DNA of 64,000 bases from positions 5,312,001-5,376,000 of the forward strand of contig OY762428.1 of the NCBI GenBank assembly GCA_963665665.1, written 5' to 3'. The DNA is from Candidatus Kapaibacterium sp. (lineage in GTDB: Bacteria; Bacteroidota; Ignavibacteria; Kapaibacteriales; UBA2268). The notes under the pieces are model-generated. The model was not told the origin of the DNA, made no database searches, and was given only the letters and a program-made list of their open reading frames with translations. Positions 62,494-64,000 of the stretch are shown here, piece by piece. Made by a program: the position numbers and the translations under genes. How positions within the stretch are numbered: position 1 is the first letter of the stretch; every line of letters begins with the position of its first letter.

Positions 62494-62526
62494 GCCCTCC
62501 CCTTCGGGGAGGGTTGGGAGTGGGCA
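62494..62526. repeat. REP-like element
   Basis: GCCCTCCCCTTCGGGGAGGGTTGGGAGTGGGC, closely similar to 33159-33190. Confidence 0.7.
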
Positions 62527-62595
62527 TTTGCAATAATCTCAAAAAATTTCATAATGTATGACTGTTTTTTGAAAAAGGCGCTGATACCCGGCGCC

Positions 62596-62997
62596 TTATT
62601 TATTTTCGGGAGCCTCTCCCCTGTTTTTTCTTTCCTCGAATACTTCGGCTGCTGTAAACATAGCATTTAGCGCCAGCGGAAATCCGGCGTAGGCTACCAT
62701 TTGAATTATCACTTCTTTTATTTCTTCTTCTGTGCATCCTACGTTCAGCGCCGCATTAATATGTGTTTTAAGCTGAGGGCGCGCGTTGCCCATAGCGGTT
62801 AATGCGGCAACCGAGGCTATTTCACGGGATTTCAGGTCAAGCCCTGAACGCGAATATATCTCTCCGAATGGAAATTCAACGATCATCTTTACAAGGTCCG
62901 GTGAAATTTTTTCCAGCTTTTTCAGAACAACTTCAGCTTCCTGTCCGTCCACAAGGAAGAAATTCTTCATTCCTTCAATATACTTTTCTGACTGCAT
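62596..62997 (-). CDS. Carboxymuconolactone decarboxylase family protein
   Basis: FPFGEIYSRSGLDLKSRE...QLKTHINAALNVG...YAGFP. Confidence 0.9.
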   Translation of the reverse strand: MQSEKYIEGMKNFFLVDGQEAEVVLKKLEKISPDLVKMIVEFPFGEIYSRSGLDLKSREIASVAALTAMGNARPQLKTHINAALNVGCTEEEIKEVIIQMVAYAGFPLALNAMFTAAEVFEERKNRGEAPENK

Positions 62998-63197
62998 TTT
63001 ACTCCATGATGAATGTTATTGTGTTATACAAACATAAGAATATAAATTATAATGGCAGAATATTAATTTTTTGAAAACAAACAACACAAATAATACATAA
63101 TATATTAAATTTTAAACATTTCTTTGATATTTGGGTTATGTTTCTTAAATTATAAATGCAAATTTGTTTATTTAAAAAAATACCAGAGGATGCCCCT

Positions 63198-64000
63198 ATG
63201 AAAAGGTACAATTTTATTGCTTATTGCTTATTGCTTATTGCTTATTGCTTAATTTTTGTTCCATCCTTAAAAGCCGATTATGACCCTTGCCCCGAAGTTG
63301 ATGACGATACGCCCTGGGGTGAAACCATGCAAACTGTATATTGTTATGACGATGTAGTTCCTCAACCTTGGTCTGCCGCAGAATTCCAATGTGAATCATA
63401 TTGTTGTTATTACATTTCTTATCAGGAAAGATGGGTTAATGGTAACGAATATGAACTTCAGATTGTAGATATTCAGGTAACTGATGATGAAAATTGTTCT
63501 GATTGTATTCACATGATTATAAGCCATTTTTATCATGATCGAATTAGAGAAAAATCCGAAGAAATGGAATTGGAGTTTTACAACAGGACTTTAAGTACCG
63601 GAAGAACTTCAATATATGAAGATACTTACATTTATGTTTATCATAAGGCAAAGTGTATGGATGCAAATGCCGAACCCTGTGATTCGGAATTCAGGTGTTG
63701 TAAAAATAAAATTCATATTGATTTCAGAGGTGGCCTTTATGATGATAAATGGGTTGTACAGGATACCTATTATCAAATCAATGATGATATTTTTCCTTTA
63801 TGCGATACCAATTGCACACCAAAATGCGGTGAATACATGATAACTGAGAACCCTTGCGATATTGATTGTAATACCGGAGAGTGGATTACAGAACCAATAC
63901 CCAATACAATGAATGTTACCGGATGCCCCGGTTGTGTGATTACTTACTTCTACTCGACGAGAACAACAAGTTGCAACGGAATAATTTATAAAGACGCAAG
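63198..64000 (+). CDS. Cys-rich secreted protein, 5' part (runs off the window; not in the ORF track)
   Basis: AGAGGA RBS, ATG 63198, MKRYNFIAYCLLLIAYCLIFVPSLKA-DYDPCPEV...; the frame stays open to base 64000 with many C/CC/CxxC motifs. Confidence 0.8.
   Translation, partial: MKRYNFIAYCLLLIAYCLIFVPSLKADYDPCPEVDDDTPWGETMQTVYCYDDVVPQPWSAAEFQCESYCCYYISYQERWVNGNEYELQIVDIQVTDDENCSDCIHMIISHFYHDRIREKSEEMELEFYNRTLSTGRTSIYEDTYIYVYHKAKCMDANAEPCDSEFRCCKNKIHIDFRGGLYDDKWVVQDTYYQINDDIFPLCDTNCTPKCGEYMITENPCDIDCNTGEWITEPIPNTMNVTGCPGCVITYFYSTRTTSCNGIIYKDA
63214..63251. repeat. Heptamer simple repeat (TTATTGC)5 within the signal-peptide codons
   Basis: Five perfect copies at 63214-63248 plus TTA. Confidence 0.95.

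Overview
This AT-rich bacterial chromosomal window most likely comes from the FCB group (Ignavibacteria/Kapabacteria-like). That is an inference from T9SS C-terminal sorting domains, TAnnTTTG promoter elements and an Spt-like enzyme. From left to right it contains: a heavy-metal RND efflux operon; a palindrome-delimited accessory islet (33-bp repeat array, AAA/DUF4143 ATPase-nuclease, decayed toxin-antitoxin pair, 4-TM PD-(D/E)XK nuclease, deleted T9SS gene); an Spt-like AOS enzyme; dtd-rimM-trmD; nadB; a minus-strand envelope cluster (putative CMP-ulosonate transferase, SpsF-like cytidylyltransferase, split transketolase, class III aminotransferase, SDR, NeuB, OlsF-like acyltransferase, PHP-GT4, metallophosphoesterase); dxs; and HAD-UbiA plus a DprE1-like gene. 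A 3.6-kb REP-like mosaic follows, holding an orphan YxxPxL/(CxxG)6 RiPP-precursor-like gene inside nested inverted repeats and two mutually inverted 21-bp tandem arrays. The right half has three T9SS cargo genes, MCP-cheW-MCP, a tandem-XRE regulator with twin perfect palindromic operators, an S41 protease, a Cache lipoprotein, SSADH, a Met gamma-lyase-like enzyme, Tat-TldD/PmbA, a CMD protein and a Cys-rich secreted gene with a heptamer repeat in its signal sequence. I recognised no rRNA, tRNA, CRISPR array, integrase or transposase. All calls come from reading motifs by eye; no database searches were run.
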